Shown here one piece after another: positions 18,001-20,977 of a DNA stretch of 64,000 nt. The DNA lies in NCBI GenBank assembly GCA_037131245.1, contig JBAXRK010000001.1:88385-152384 (forward strand), read 5' to 3'. A model generated the notes under the pieces. It had not been told where the DNA came from and searched no databases. It saw nothing but the letters and a program-made list of their open reading frames with translations. This DNA is from Candidatus Omnitrophota bacterium. Lineage in GTDB: Bacteria > Omnitrophota > Gorgyraeia > Zapsychrales > Fredricksoniimonadaceae. Positions within the stretch are counted from its first letter, which is position 1; each line of letters begins with the position of its first letter. A program made the position numbers and the translations under genes.

Positions 18001-20599
18001 TGAACTTCTGACCGTTAACCGTGCCCGTCATGGCCACCGGGCCCAGCACCCCGGTCGTATAACTGGCAAAAGACGGGCTGATGGCCGTGGTCACGATCGC
18101 CACCGAATCCGTCATGGCGCCAATAGCCATATCCGACCACATATTGCTGCTATAATTTAAACTGTTGGTCATCCGGGCATTCACCGTGCCCAGGCGCCAA
18201 TACGTATCGATAGATTCGGCGCTCTGCTGCTTGCTCTGGTCAAGTTTAGCGTTCTTGGCCAAGCTCGCCTCTTTCTGCCTGTCGGACGCAATAGAACCAT
18301 TGATCGTGTATCCGCCCACACCAACAACCTTCTCATAATAAGTCATGTCGGCTTCCGCACTGCCGGCAACCTTCGACCAATACGCGGACTGGGAACCAGT
18401 CGCACCCGGCTGCAGCGTCCCAACCTCATCCGGAGGAGCTATCAGCGTGCTGGCAAAACCTTTGCCCATCTCTTTGCCGACCGCCACCGCGACATCGTTG
18501 CCATTCACGCCATCCGTGTTGTTATTGCTTTCCACCACCGCGGTCGCCACACCCGCCACCACCCCGGACGCAAGCACAAAAGCCGTCCCGTACATCATGT
18601 CGAACTGGGCTTTTTTCGTAGCATAGGCCTGGGAACCATCGTCTTTACCGATTTGCGAATTGCGGAAGGAGTCATACCCCACCGCCATCCCTACCTTGAT
18701 AGCGCCTTTTATCAAAGACTGCGCCATGGCCTGCCATTTTTGATCGCTGGTCACCTTATCTGACGAATTAAAAGCAATATCCCAACCGGCAGCCACCGCG
18801 CTGGAAGCGAATTCACCAATAGACTGGGAGAACTGGCTTTTTGAATCGCCGCCGACCGCTATCCTGACTGCGCCGCCGACCGCTTTGGAAACAACACCTT
18901 TAGCTACGTTATCAAGAAGACTGGAACCCAGCTCGCTCCAATTAATGTCCACGCCCTTAAAACCATTGACGGCCGCGCCCACCCCGGCAGAACCTACGCT
19001 AAAAGCCACCGAGGTCGCGATCGAAGCCAGCGTTTCGGCCATAATGTTACAAGAATTATCTCCGTCTTTACAATCCATGGCTTCAGTAATAGCCTTGGTA
19101 ATTTCATATTTGATAAAACCTGTGACCACCCCTTTGGCAAAGCCCATCGCCGTATCTTTAAGCACGGCGATAAAGCCGGACCCCGACAAAATAGCTCCCG
19201 AACCGGCCGTGATCGCGGCCGTCAGCGCAATGCTAAGGACGGTCGCCGTCCCCTGATCGCAAGCCCCCGCCAGAACGCAGGCTTGCGCCACAGCACTCAC
19301 GAACTGACTGGCGCCCAATGAAATGATCGCCCCCGTGATCGACGCCATCGCAGCCGCTAACTGTTGCAGCGCGAGAAGGATCTTTTGGATGATCCAGCAA
19401 TACTGGGCAAGTTGCACTCCCTGCAGAACAGAACTCAAATAAGAACCGATACCAAGAGTCACGATCATGATCGCAAAGTTGATCCCCACCTGGGTCAACT
19501 CCGCGCCAAGCGTGGTCAAACCCGGCAGGTCGCCGCTCTTGTCGCGCCACTTGTTACCCCACACGAAGGTGAGCGTTTCATCGGAAACCGGCTGATAGTC
19601 GGCCTTAATGAAATATTTTAAGTCTTTGGCCAACGCGAAACCGGACGCCTTGGCAATAAAATCTTTCTCCGCCATCTGCGCGGGCCGGCCAATATCATTG
19701 AAAGAAACCATCCCGTCCGCCACCTTGGTGACGGTCACGAAATGCTCCTCCTTGAAGTGAACCACGAACGGCACCGGGAGCTTAAGGACATCAGCCGGCG
19801 CCAAACGGGCGGCCGTATAATTCAGGCCGAAAGCTTTGGCGGCCTGATCGATAGAATACAAAGAAATTTTAAGTTTCGGCTCACCGGCCTTGATAACATT
19901 GCTCAGCAAGTCATTGGAGATCGTGAGGACCGCTAATTCCTCGCGCGACTTCTTGATACCCGCATCAGCCAAAATATCCTGTAAAGCGTAAACACCGCAA
20001 TTAAGGACATTGAGGTCAGGACGGCTTAACCACTTGGTGATATCAATGATCTGCTGCGGGGTGAACCGGGCCAGGGCATTGATGACCAAAGACTGACCGT
20101 CTTTTTTCTTGTCATCAAGTTTAAGGGCAATGCGCTCGGCCTTCTGGCGGTTGACCTCAGACAGAAGGTGGTCAACACTGCCCGAAACCTGCATGGCTGA
20201 CATTTCGGCCGGGGTCATGCCCGGGGCCTGCATGGTCAGCGGGGCCTTATTGCCCCAAAGAATAGCGGGATTATAGTTAAACGCCCAGCTGATCTGGTCG
20301 GGGATAAAGATACAGACGACTGTTAACGCGATCGCGCGTAACCAGTTATTAAAGCGCGACGTGAACTGCTCTTCATAGACAGCCGTGGGGGCGGCACTCA
20401 CCATAGCGGGTTCGGGGTATCCCGCGGGTTCTCCGGCGCCTATAAGGTCGGGGAACTGGCGCACTAACTGTGAATCGGGGAGCTGGGAGGCATTTGAAGC
20501 GGTTTGCTCGGGGGCAATAGAAGAAAACCCGTCATTCTCATTATTAATAAGAGAAGGGTCCAATGGATCGGACGACTGTGGGTTCAGGTTCTCGTTCAT
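1..20599 (-). CDS. Giant multidomain membrane/surface protein. The 5' end is complete and the 3' end runs off the window, giving at least 6,866 codons in view.
   Basis: The minus-strand frame with codon first bases at positions = 1 mod 3 has no stop from ATG 20599..20597 down to position 1. GGGGGAG lies about 11 nt upstream of the ATG, and an in-frame TGA lies upstream at 20653-20651. I hand-translated this frame at 20599, 19999, 6781-6300, 5776, 1198 and 61-4. The ORF track has no entry in this frame across 20.6 kb. All other frames there are broken into shadow ORFs under 260 aa, rich in R/G/P. Confidence 0.9.
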   Translation of the reverse strand, partial: MNENLNPQSSDPLDPSLINNENDGFSSIAPEQTASNASQLPDSQLVRQFPDLIGAGEPAGYPEPAMVSAAPTAVYEEQFTSRFNNWLRAIALTVVCIFIPDQISWAFNYNPAILWGNKAPLTMQAPGMTPAEMSAMQVSGSVDHLLSEVNRQKAERIALKLDDKKKDGQSLVINALARFTPQQIIDITKWLSRPDLNVLNCGVYALQDILADAGIKKSREELAVLTISNDLLSNVIKAGEPKLKISLYSIDQAAKAFGLNYTAARLAPADVLKLPVPFVVHFKEEHFVTVTKVADGMVSFNDIGRPAQMAEKDFIAKASGFALAKDLKYFIKADYQPVSDETLTFVWGNKWRDKSGDLPGLTTLGAELTQVGINFAIMIVTLGIGSYLSSVLQGVQLAQYCWIIQKILLALQQLAAAMASITGAIISLGASQFVSAVAQACVLAGACDQGTATVLSIALTAAITAGSGAILSGSGFIAVLKDTAMGFAKGVVTGFIKYEITKAITEAMDCKDGDNSCNIMAETLASIATSVAFSVGSAGVGAAVNGFKGVDINWSELGSSLLDNVAKGVVSKAVGGAVRIAVGGDSKSQFSQSIGEFASSAVAAGWDIAFNSSDKVTSDQKWQAMAQSLIKGAIKVGMAVGYDSFRNSQIGKDDGSQAYATKKAQFDMMYGTAFVLASGVVAGVATAVVESNNNTDGVNGNDVAVAVGKEMGKGFASTLIAPPDEVGTLQPGATGSQSAYWSKVAGSAEADMTYYEKVVGVGGYTINGSIASDRQKEASLAKNAKLDQSKQQSAESIDTYWRLGTVNARMTNSLNYSSNMWSDMAIGAMTDSVAIVTTAISPSFASYTTGVLGPVAMTGTVNGQKFTTTVWDNEGAAELLNGQAAAAEMASKAKEIKDAGTAAADKVDATEHVDNEEGAAQDSTYERTGKAVDQVTLDKDRNTARSKGETEALSKEAASVKPLTAGQVKVGGITYNISDLPQVANMSLSGTGYDGKLIFKDNLSPALDSKGIPLVYNGQQLYQDQAVRVLPGIGTESYTINNVQYVVMNGLLGSEMVPLTDSNKDLKTLNSDEVFTQKLIQRLGGNNTLSTISGFPGVQDVQYDSPFLFNLQPGTSPAPIAVTFAGPNLAGAVNGQLTFANNNGKVTTIQPNGVITTDALSSGAVAGLWKGMAGSVGQENIVGTLMTANKQEGLTFRGSLPMSTWGMALSTSPVADPKLTGTVADQNTEKQYLRQAVFGNTGLADVAMNMPAPWAFGVQPQGQVVSFVGQATQGGQQLGQFSLAKGKDGQMVAVAFTDDHGVSTGVTYQKTVYQPGVGWVPAVGMTGDATQQKGYLATAFSTADKSKVVTFLTDDQGKLLPGAALNPAELVTMRPLNVQASPAMDPLFVPSGLGPLFAAEPDLVQGMGPQVEYRGGIDIKTRRVPGLANPVADIATLQVSGWLVNGSAVTAVSQEVGGSNGVDMNQGTHGWQVQTGVDAQMPFARSFVMGNNDFVSINGSVAQALNAANGGISAAAPKIADALQPGVFMGTPYLIKEGQQQGAYMPGVNVVNGGTELNAQGAPIFKVGTTALALTGTGTETRTGDGLKATFDKSFMATAAANNLFVMTSNGWVTQGVVGADGTRAAVASTLPQAEFTEKTASSLPVFVPAFGNNGPFASLVGLGEWKTSTSVVVTGASVDQGTGTIRFTSNDESERFAAAVLGVQPTNEQLLAQKKQNDLAAAQNKGQASQVSQTPQVAAKAGDSKYNVFSIPVVDANGNTTNVRFDKGVLQYAVEGREGGAVALDDRTGAKFAFESSPMLKAGNNLYFNVGAMDGVVGSSLTRGVQQVEVVGDASGNPWTLKMTGGQAATGALMGESRVFGPDGKTIIGTKININNLVLGAGTGEWQVLTAGDNHTTATGTHSEFQMVNGKLVEKDINITGAKGGLDNRLILTGQGRMFYDDSMLNIVTDNRSKDEKSSEVALKPSGAASATELSGNELRTVDLTVGAGTVTADPKQVEQLQQKLGTEKKDLAAAQSALDKLGPVPFKLLSVDQKYDFTKKDALDADVANKAVAVKTTEFQLASLQAKPFGFEFDTVNGALVPRVNTPGSLIWVTNDSLSYTERNIDKNGQTDRQFTNIAVQGNGPKSGFIAFDSNGQKNFYGIWAGTEAIGQAHMTQVGSNQQNGYLVSQAKGQVDNMRGTMLDWTGNVVTAKNILLTPRTEADMKVVEGLVAKVMGLSTQPGGLLNVADAIEGDLPAQFNTDFTGYRFGNDFNSGNGFAGGIATGNKLERTSSGWATMFNDGDILVGKSAPSNVKDAPVSFSDASRQGISYDLYDGRAELVKADQYLVTLNELGARESSKVGDKKAPTGQEFGFLMGMDAQGGYMLNPLRGMTNSTEYNFGQGVIYDKRTQYEFNRSTGNFDIKPITNQLTADTTSVIKTDADGKSTTSNARALLFMGYDGVGTAAKTLNFAWHDRGEESRGHDLLQSVPMNMAEVRSAGGKMEQRIVIAGMRVKDVKVEDGINIVNETVAQREGKNGSNVKNGVVVTTKMAELVKGEVVLKDVPGAQRLVYKDANGVERVVSGQLEWNLIATIEGKAGDGNKYFFIPQDSDSGRKAGLFTPAKPGNQVVVYDSNGRPLTNGRPLEQEEIKKIQQIASVDGKFSADQAQAHGGIVVTFATKEVNGKLVVDDSKVISWNGRAENLGVQADADGKILAFTRALESTRSGETRYEVLNPYTLNSVGVHTSYQAAPVSAGIVAFQSAPVDDGVKNFDSHLKNGVDQHITLSGTGSTSTYSYYDQRTDIRYQVRDASAVMETADGVKLVQIVRADGKLGFFDANAGKLLNQTVTSSGMIFKADGSWGRPSESMSFADVARQYGAWSTGLGGQYESTLDHESTAVSRFLMRNTSLNTDTIAALDISSMSSKSAALMLATAGIGMVANSVKGTIAFRSAIAAGKTVEQATAAAEAFSALNGVGVAAKSIAVTSGLSFVGGTAYGLAKSGGDVDVALQSGSSAAANSLYFAAAAPLLSVAGTAIAGTRIGTVASGWQSSALGGMTKGLSYVGGGSVARGIGISTLGTAVGSGAIAPAFMKDGYTTSNIIKSTVGGAMVVPLAYLALSAPSTFSKGFLGQDLSPWQVKALTAMSSGARVTIAANAGSLLVNHELLTLEQSLSVMALVSGSQFAATELALAAPAENAAYAFGGRSGAFMQTMIRPAFGMANVSLGIDSVLQEKTIRASKDWYAAPLASVESYGTGFGYGAATGLFAGATKEFMGMGKDSIKIFGSEINKERLAMAASGMAINVTRGALSNAMHDRSFSDYILSGQGIVDAAVGFGGGYLAGALKGKVSNSLTSSFSKNAYDTVANTAINLVGGMADRKLRGSDILSKEMIFDAAAGVIGTGITKAAPGWAQKAAGIENAAAKAETVKKGGTQIFLEKYSPFSIPTRMQAISSYFSAGDLTVGQYARLMVRNGAIEKLAGGVTVGAVGGFATSFASPEKVTSEDRVKYTMYGAAAGGLLSLLTLARPVMQAWASSAVNAEGKIVRIEPNLISMGTNPEVAAKMSISSALDFAAMMPAWRMVSLPVNRVVDFGVENVFGKGLTWGDAGRRAFDKFDPVTLRNADGSVAQRTGAWEMLKQDVTGGLQSGYSLGPMLGLFQMPLSAVTKNSSGRLARAVEGYQSLGMVGTIGLLSASGAAIGHGIRYMAPDVVNRFEAEEWARLKYADADYATKKNMVNDAVQARVDAIAQQGSFYSLFLVPQGGRVREDSLDVQKSDAKYMVGRLIEARGEVVSNPAADPQSVQRANQVVLESIRNLAQLDMSAGNKAHSEYQESRKVDLQKIIDSPTSSLADKNLAEARIIGIDIESADWRATGHALAKNQEGVQVELDKKEALTKQQQLSLDKALLAGKNDPRLNEIIRAGNNDVQVRYEAGLIRIENDIQSTVPEVKKRAEVMRGVWTSVGEVIDAASRSDSAHVAAYQIEQASQKLSEAVGSKAISFDDAYAIVSRVSAIGLADQNGIKLRQELKNAVDNPRVASQVEQVKAGVDQALARLVAERQASTDPAVAAQPGSREQQLSALKQSLDDAKPVDVHSALARMTEIETQIEQLKGSPSNIDIAKTAMLRQKLEALRQSPEIQVYTADQAYGEIDRLLGIAREGESQRGEDLVNGVHDRLISSYKLLALSADASMAERAISALTKMGFERFSNEQKVDASGTTGRNAQGEKAQLESLVAELKQLITLNDAIKPETRNALQDGILVETAKLNVLVADAARINSNSSKPYDMLVNTVKELNDLLTSAATAQGRAQIKLLIAEKELSLHSVLFEAGNSVIGSQHLRAADELLRSPELALDSKAFELRKQVALQPHLDAIMTEFQAKRADGKSVDTGLLASEFRQAQMIDPTKGFGAMAELLEGYGTLSETLAKQTMTPKLADKLVEKVSAAREALGKTTLTAMDMHGIESGMKSSLDLLSQALDVYQNGTVEAKSEFLKNVSDVASGKPLLEWADVFSAMGDKFKLTPQASRLFEMTATQEKFTLLNKVSNEMQIAVKESPHGALKGIFEKVRGEVLEHFLAQKIQETGNNQLTVKDVSVNDGYLEALINLSLKSLDAIRDGKSVDGKLLTLQMAGGKTTMERFVLKALLEYAAKNAPNAEFILLKPSKGEAEAAVNSAPEIFSRGIDKQGNKIRVLTFTEAFEAQLQFKGVKEQEMKNSGMTPEQIAGYDFKSDEKNPFRNSLTFIDEVHKFLLSPAMIKGGGVDGAALINGRGEEFRAKLQRTQQLGDELVKAIRVLAGDTSTGKPTQATADLINTMIETDSLHNARFNNGFGERLKQQFGETDWYKSLTASQEGATEGVLTPLLNEIAWAFKNEIHHANFAIRTNPKGLAELVIFEHLEALGKEAYGRVYSDETGLKAKMRGVLAVHDFMEAETTPITRFAELVAQGHDRQVTAAELIATMPGVIGYTGSADAVAKMADLLSVGVQHFDKTQLALEYHTNWSSEFRLDQSASQASLHDALDWASSPSTDVASRKLKNVLVLNSNSAVSRDEAWQEISKLNSEDLIVVKRDPDQMRSVAKLLKDGIIVDQNGNEVEIGAKRVIILTAVQEAVSIEGKDLFVTIRDYTLRPKFGHDQASLRVNSLNEVGKGIFPVTRSDGEYITVTCLSRDNPDPALSTDRANTLRALVSGGHEAEAKKVLLQTMGELATEASVQAASSTMTVARSVNMEEAQKFIADIHKASTIAAIRQFQELTGQTSFARIYTRALGAGYHEAVLFNNGQEYSFNALVALPNGQGVRMDQNGANIVQPGQVVDMKNGLTSAGYNVYADMKAWDQVRDTGSTAIAPVRYITRGAIVNTKPWEGPLMVSGWVSGDLKWDGKTPIYEQSQSVHVMGANGVAGAPINITGLSHFDQGKGVIAEDKDQYRVTVQSHQALVKALGLASTTKLVVAQPTPDMDGRKSQIVSEHILQADGKYREIIRGVIFEGVLYKNEIDSQIKGKNFAFEAVTEDHIQLPDMRHDKLFVKNRMEVRDGQLVKVGGEVANKAPVLLRGVTVVAGDQVEFANDVKGEKVLVIRGEKGEVKAGVFGDHIYTLNDQNVFEVPKAQIRVISPNGTKVDRVATIDTYRVDHAGAGVVRSQSVLSRDLVYKDNDGNVTVTFSKGTEIDREKGILSYKGQQVGRFIFDRILVKKGEQYEISAKDVQTVEFLQRYSVKPEIEGDILKVNAVDFERAVANAQSFTNSFSKKWEKAVRSGAPKAEMEAVAAEYNKEFADRDVQLAVTPLDQALNEVTEKDEVKRQQLTKTYALVFKAKAGSKAYVANLVNFVQDRFGKTLAATPIMEERNSAALSTDKFFHMGRALTKFLINGEMNFDSANVFLHELIHEEFKRMVREKDSRLGVLTQQRFENHQELQQLAQVLSGIYDKEFSPEEIITHYVEVFGVPGKDNWDSHPPAIQKLLAPMKDFFNQLRGQVPESLFQGKYAIMKLSADRGDMEEARNQASSIRTMLVRGRGLAMKSKLVFASGLNVLNKISDQDLEAMISKDGGENHVLKIRMIAGVNEFTLQQPIGDIEQKASVLRPWLKGVLEQSLLFADDYARMYEAHIDLIGNREKIDSASDREKFADANELIKAGEASASQESLMQYLAGKPGEAQVFNDLMAKVALQASQAKVVMTPAATASDTGTPSTAFSDHLRNNVLTALPGTEAAPAPVAATAQPKTEPAKGAATTTAPPAAKSVVSPSTVASSTLAAALPQISQPKPKEVIEVNGQFYFFRPVAQAAQPNIAANDQKAPQAPSYDPNQLKLDLNTADANGQYLLPMTVQESAKPEVVLPKATSTLSVAAVAAPIQMDFDFNNPVKTAEETARELKEKVSTLLAQWKLMARWVAKHHEAPARFDLRNPGFGTPVVPSVPAVVTTPFRPEFQGVMIGATTPGPISGKLTVIDGRTLTAFHVPAPIVPVATVPARTFEPVKATAYTLVLGVPMATTAAILYLWHFVGLQYYSALTPVVAMAGAAAVSVATLGTAAVKYGRVIAKGETLKNRLKAWTKAMIPSKRTAGAVVLATAGLAAVVEQGLSHTGEKADDVMVKRLEQQKDFEKNGDLLGALAMWEGVSESDGAYGKRDFEKEVWTLLGFNTSASWYQIQKAVAEKLQGNLSDEDLARLAANLGKESHQGTIFTGKDLLSDPIIAGKLVQLFMLSVKEEWDSQLGDQFKFNSLPYELQVKLVASSYRYSVSGALNGLAREILTKLGLTSKDIQGGYNHYFKIDADHFYNVTVDGKEIDGLKPVNQEQSLAELLAGEQITADQITVSVVNKGKAGKAITLRRFNNAYYMVGKTPDFKVVRNAPVVVEGIAKVGGLANLLGDKLNDKVFYRGNKIVKQLPASLLKPGMWVI
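950..1260 (-). other. Hydrophobic block C of the giant protein (2-3 TM helices)
   Basis: Hand translation reads AYTLVLGVPMATTAAILYLWHFVGLQYYSALTPVVAMAGAAAVSVATLGTAAV...AGAVVLATAGLAAVVEQGL. The frame was verified at 1198-1169. Confidence 0.5.
5300..6850 (-). other. Divergent SecA-like DEAD-box motor region inside the giant protein
   Basis: Three in-frame motifs are present. A Walker A-like LQMAGGKTT lies at 6781-6761. A DExH box, TFIDEVHKF, has DEVH at 6439-6428, about 114 aa later. GVIGYTGSAD lies at 5776-5756, about 217 aa after that. The order and spacing resemble SecA's MxTGEGKT, VDEVDS and GMTGTAD motifs with a PPXD-sized insertion. Confidence 0.6.
6850..9300 (-). other. Ala/Gln/Glu/Leu/Lys-rich segment of the giant protein, probably coiled coil
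   Basis: Hand translation gives long low-Gly, low-Pro stretches such as KLSEAVGSKAISFDDAYAIVSRV, QVEQVKAGVDQALARLVAERQ and LESLVAELKQLITLNDAIKPETRNALQ. This is a call from composition only. Confidence 0.35.
9540..11900 (-). other. Hydrophobic Gly/Ala/Ser-rich block B of the giant protein (about 2.3 kb)
   Basis: Hand translation is dominated by G/A/S/T/L/V runs, for example AALMLATAGIGMVANSV, LSFVGGTAYGLAKSGG, APLLSVAGTAIAGTRIGTVASG, GGAMVVPLAYLALSAP and GMVGTIGLLSASGAAIG. The translation is approximate and the boundaries are soft. Confidence 0.4.
12717..12752 (-). repeat. In-frame 18-bp tandem duplication (2 copies, 17/18 identical) inside the giant gene
   Basis: The plus strand reads agcggacgcccgttagta followed by agcggacgcccgttagaa. 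In the gene frame this encodes NGRPLT-NGRPLE. The duplication also shows in the track's shadow ORFs as RTPVSKRTPV and LTGVRLLTGVRL. Confidence 0.9.
18530..19510 (-). other. Hydrophobic Gly/Ala/Ser-rich block A of the giant protein, probably several TM helices
   Basis: Hand translation gives, for example, LTQVGINFAIMIVTLGIGSYLSSVLQGV, ITGAIISLGASQFVSAVAQACVLAGA, SIALTAAITAGSGAILSGSGFIAVL and AFVLASGVVAGVATAVVES. Confidence 0.5.
19630..20100 (-). other. C39-like papain-fold cysteine peptidase module inside the giant protein
   Basis: Hand translation reads ...LSRPDLNVLNCGVYALQDILADAGIKKSREELAVLT...KLPVPFVVHFKEEHFVTVTKVADGMVSFNDIGRP.... The Cys codon is at 19999-19997 and the His codon at 19745-19743. 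The CG...L pattern, the HFV(T/V)V pattern, and a following N/D match the layout of the C39 bacteriocin-processing peptidase family. Confidence 0.6.
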
Positions 20600-20605
20600 A
20601 TATTT

Positions 20606-20627
20606 ATTGTCTCCCCCGAGAGACAAT
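20606..20627 (-). promoter_or_regulatory. Hairpin covering the giant gene's Shine-Dalgarno sequence
   Basis: The minus strand reads ATTGTCTC-tcgggg-GAGACAAT, an 8-bp perfect stem. The GGGGGAG SD lies in the loop and 3' arm, and the hairpin ends 7 nt before the ATG. Confidence 0.35.
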
Positions 20628-20630
20628 CGA

Positions 20631-20658
20631 AGTATAGCACATGTCAAGTGTCAAGCAA
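20631..20658 (-). promoter_or_regulatory. Candidate sigma70-type promoter for the giant gene
   Basis: The minus strand has TTGCTT (plus-strand 20653-20658), a 16-nt spacer, then TATACT (plus-strand 20631-20636). The -10 element ends about 30 nt upstream of the ATG. A TTGACA also overlaps the spacer. Confidence 0.35.
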
Positions 20659-20732
20659 ATTTTGTGCGAAAATAATTGGTTTTTTATTTCGTTACACACC
20701 AACGACTTACGCTCCAAAAGAAAACATTTTCT

Positions 20733-20765
20733 CGAAAAAAGACGTCCCCGTGTCAGGACGTCCCC
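20733..20765 (-). terminator. Terminator-like or attenuator-like hairpin with a U6 tail in the region upstream of the giant gene
   Basis: The minus strand reads GGGGACGTCctgacacGGGGACGTCTTTTTT. GACGTCC can pair with GGACGTC to give a 7-bp stem and an 8-nt loop, followed by T6. The same sequence also reads as a 9-nt direct repeat (20741-20749 and 20757-20765). Confidence 0.35.
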
Positions 20766-20825
20766 AATATAACCAATAAAAATTAGTTTATTATTAAGAA
20801 CTGTTGAACAATTTGTTAAGCGCTC

Positions 20826-20854
20826 CAGTATGGACATTGTTTTTCTAATGTCCA
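20826..20854. promoter_or_regulatory. Palindrome 1 of the TGGACATT motif family
   Basis: The sequence reads cagtaTGGACATTgtttttctAATGTCCA, with 8-nt perfect arms (20831-20838 and 20847-20854) and an 8-nt spacer. Related half-sites are cagacTGGACAAT (20871-20883) and cagaaTGGACAAC (20963-20975). Confidence 0.5.
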
Positions 20855-20895
20855 AAAACAACTTTTCGTCCAGACTGGACAATTATATAAAGTAC

Positions 20896-20933
20896 AAAAA
20901 CCTTTTCCGGTAAACATCACCAGAAAAGGTTTT
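20896..20933 (-). terminator. Rho-independent terminator after the tadC-like gene
   Basis: The minus-strand RNA reads AAAACCUUUUCUGG-ugauguuua-CCGGAAAAGGUUUUUGU. That gives a 10-14 bp stem with one G-U pair, a 9-nt loop and a U-rich tail. It begins 45 nt after the stop at 20978. Confidence 0.55.
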
Positions 20934-20957
20934 GGACATTTCATATAAAAATGTCCA
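20933..20957. promoter_or_regulatory. Palindrome 2 of the TGGACATT motif family
   Basis: The sequence reads TGGACATTtcatataaaAATGTCCA, with 8-nt perfect arms and a 9-nt spacer. It lies between the tadC-like stop codon and the terminator stem. Its centre is about 102 bp from the centre of palindrome 1. Confidence 0.5.
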
Positions 20958-20977
20958 TTCATCAGAATGGACAACGT

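Noticed and set aside
1-20599. The absence of any long ORF in the track over 20 kb first suggested non-coding DNA, a pseudogene graveyard or an alternative genetic code with stop-codon reassignment.
   Set aside because: Hand translation with the standard code shows that one minus-strand frame is completely open. It reads as sensible protein sequence with recognisable motifs. The track simply omits ORFs that are not closed within the window.
20604-20882. A 92-aa minus-strand ORF (MSSLDEKLFLDIRK...) and plus-strand ORFs at 20385-20779, in the region between tadC and the giant gene.
   Set aside because: The region is AT-rich and full of palindromes, a terminator and promoter-like elements. These ORFs have no SD. 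The peptide sequences are by-products of the TGGACATT repeats (MSIL, LDI), and the plus-strand ORFs overlap the giant gene's 5' end.
20826-20975. The repeated 8-mers were considered as a degenerate CRISPR array or a tRNA/ncRNA gene.
   Set aside because: There are only two full palindromes plus two half-sites, with irregular spacing and no repeat-spacer periodicity. No cloverleaf-compatible structure is present.
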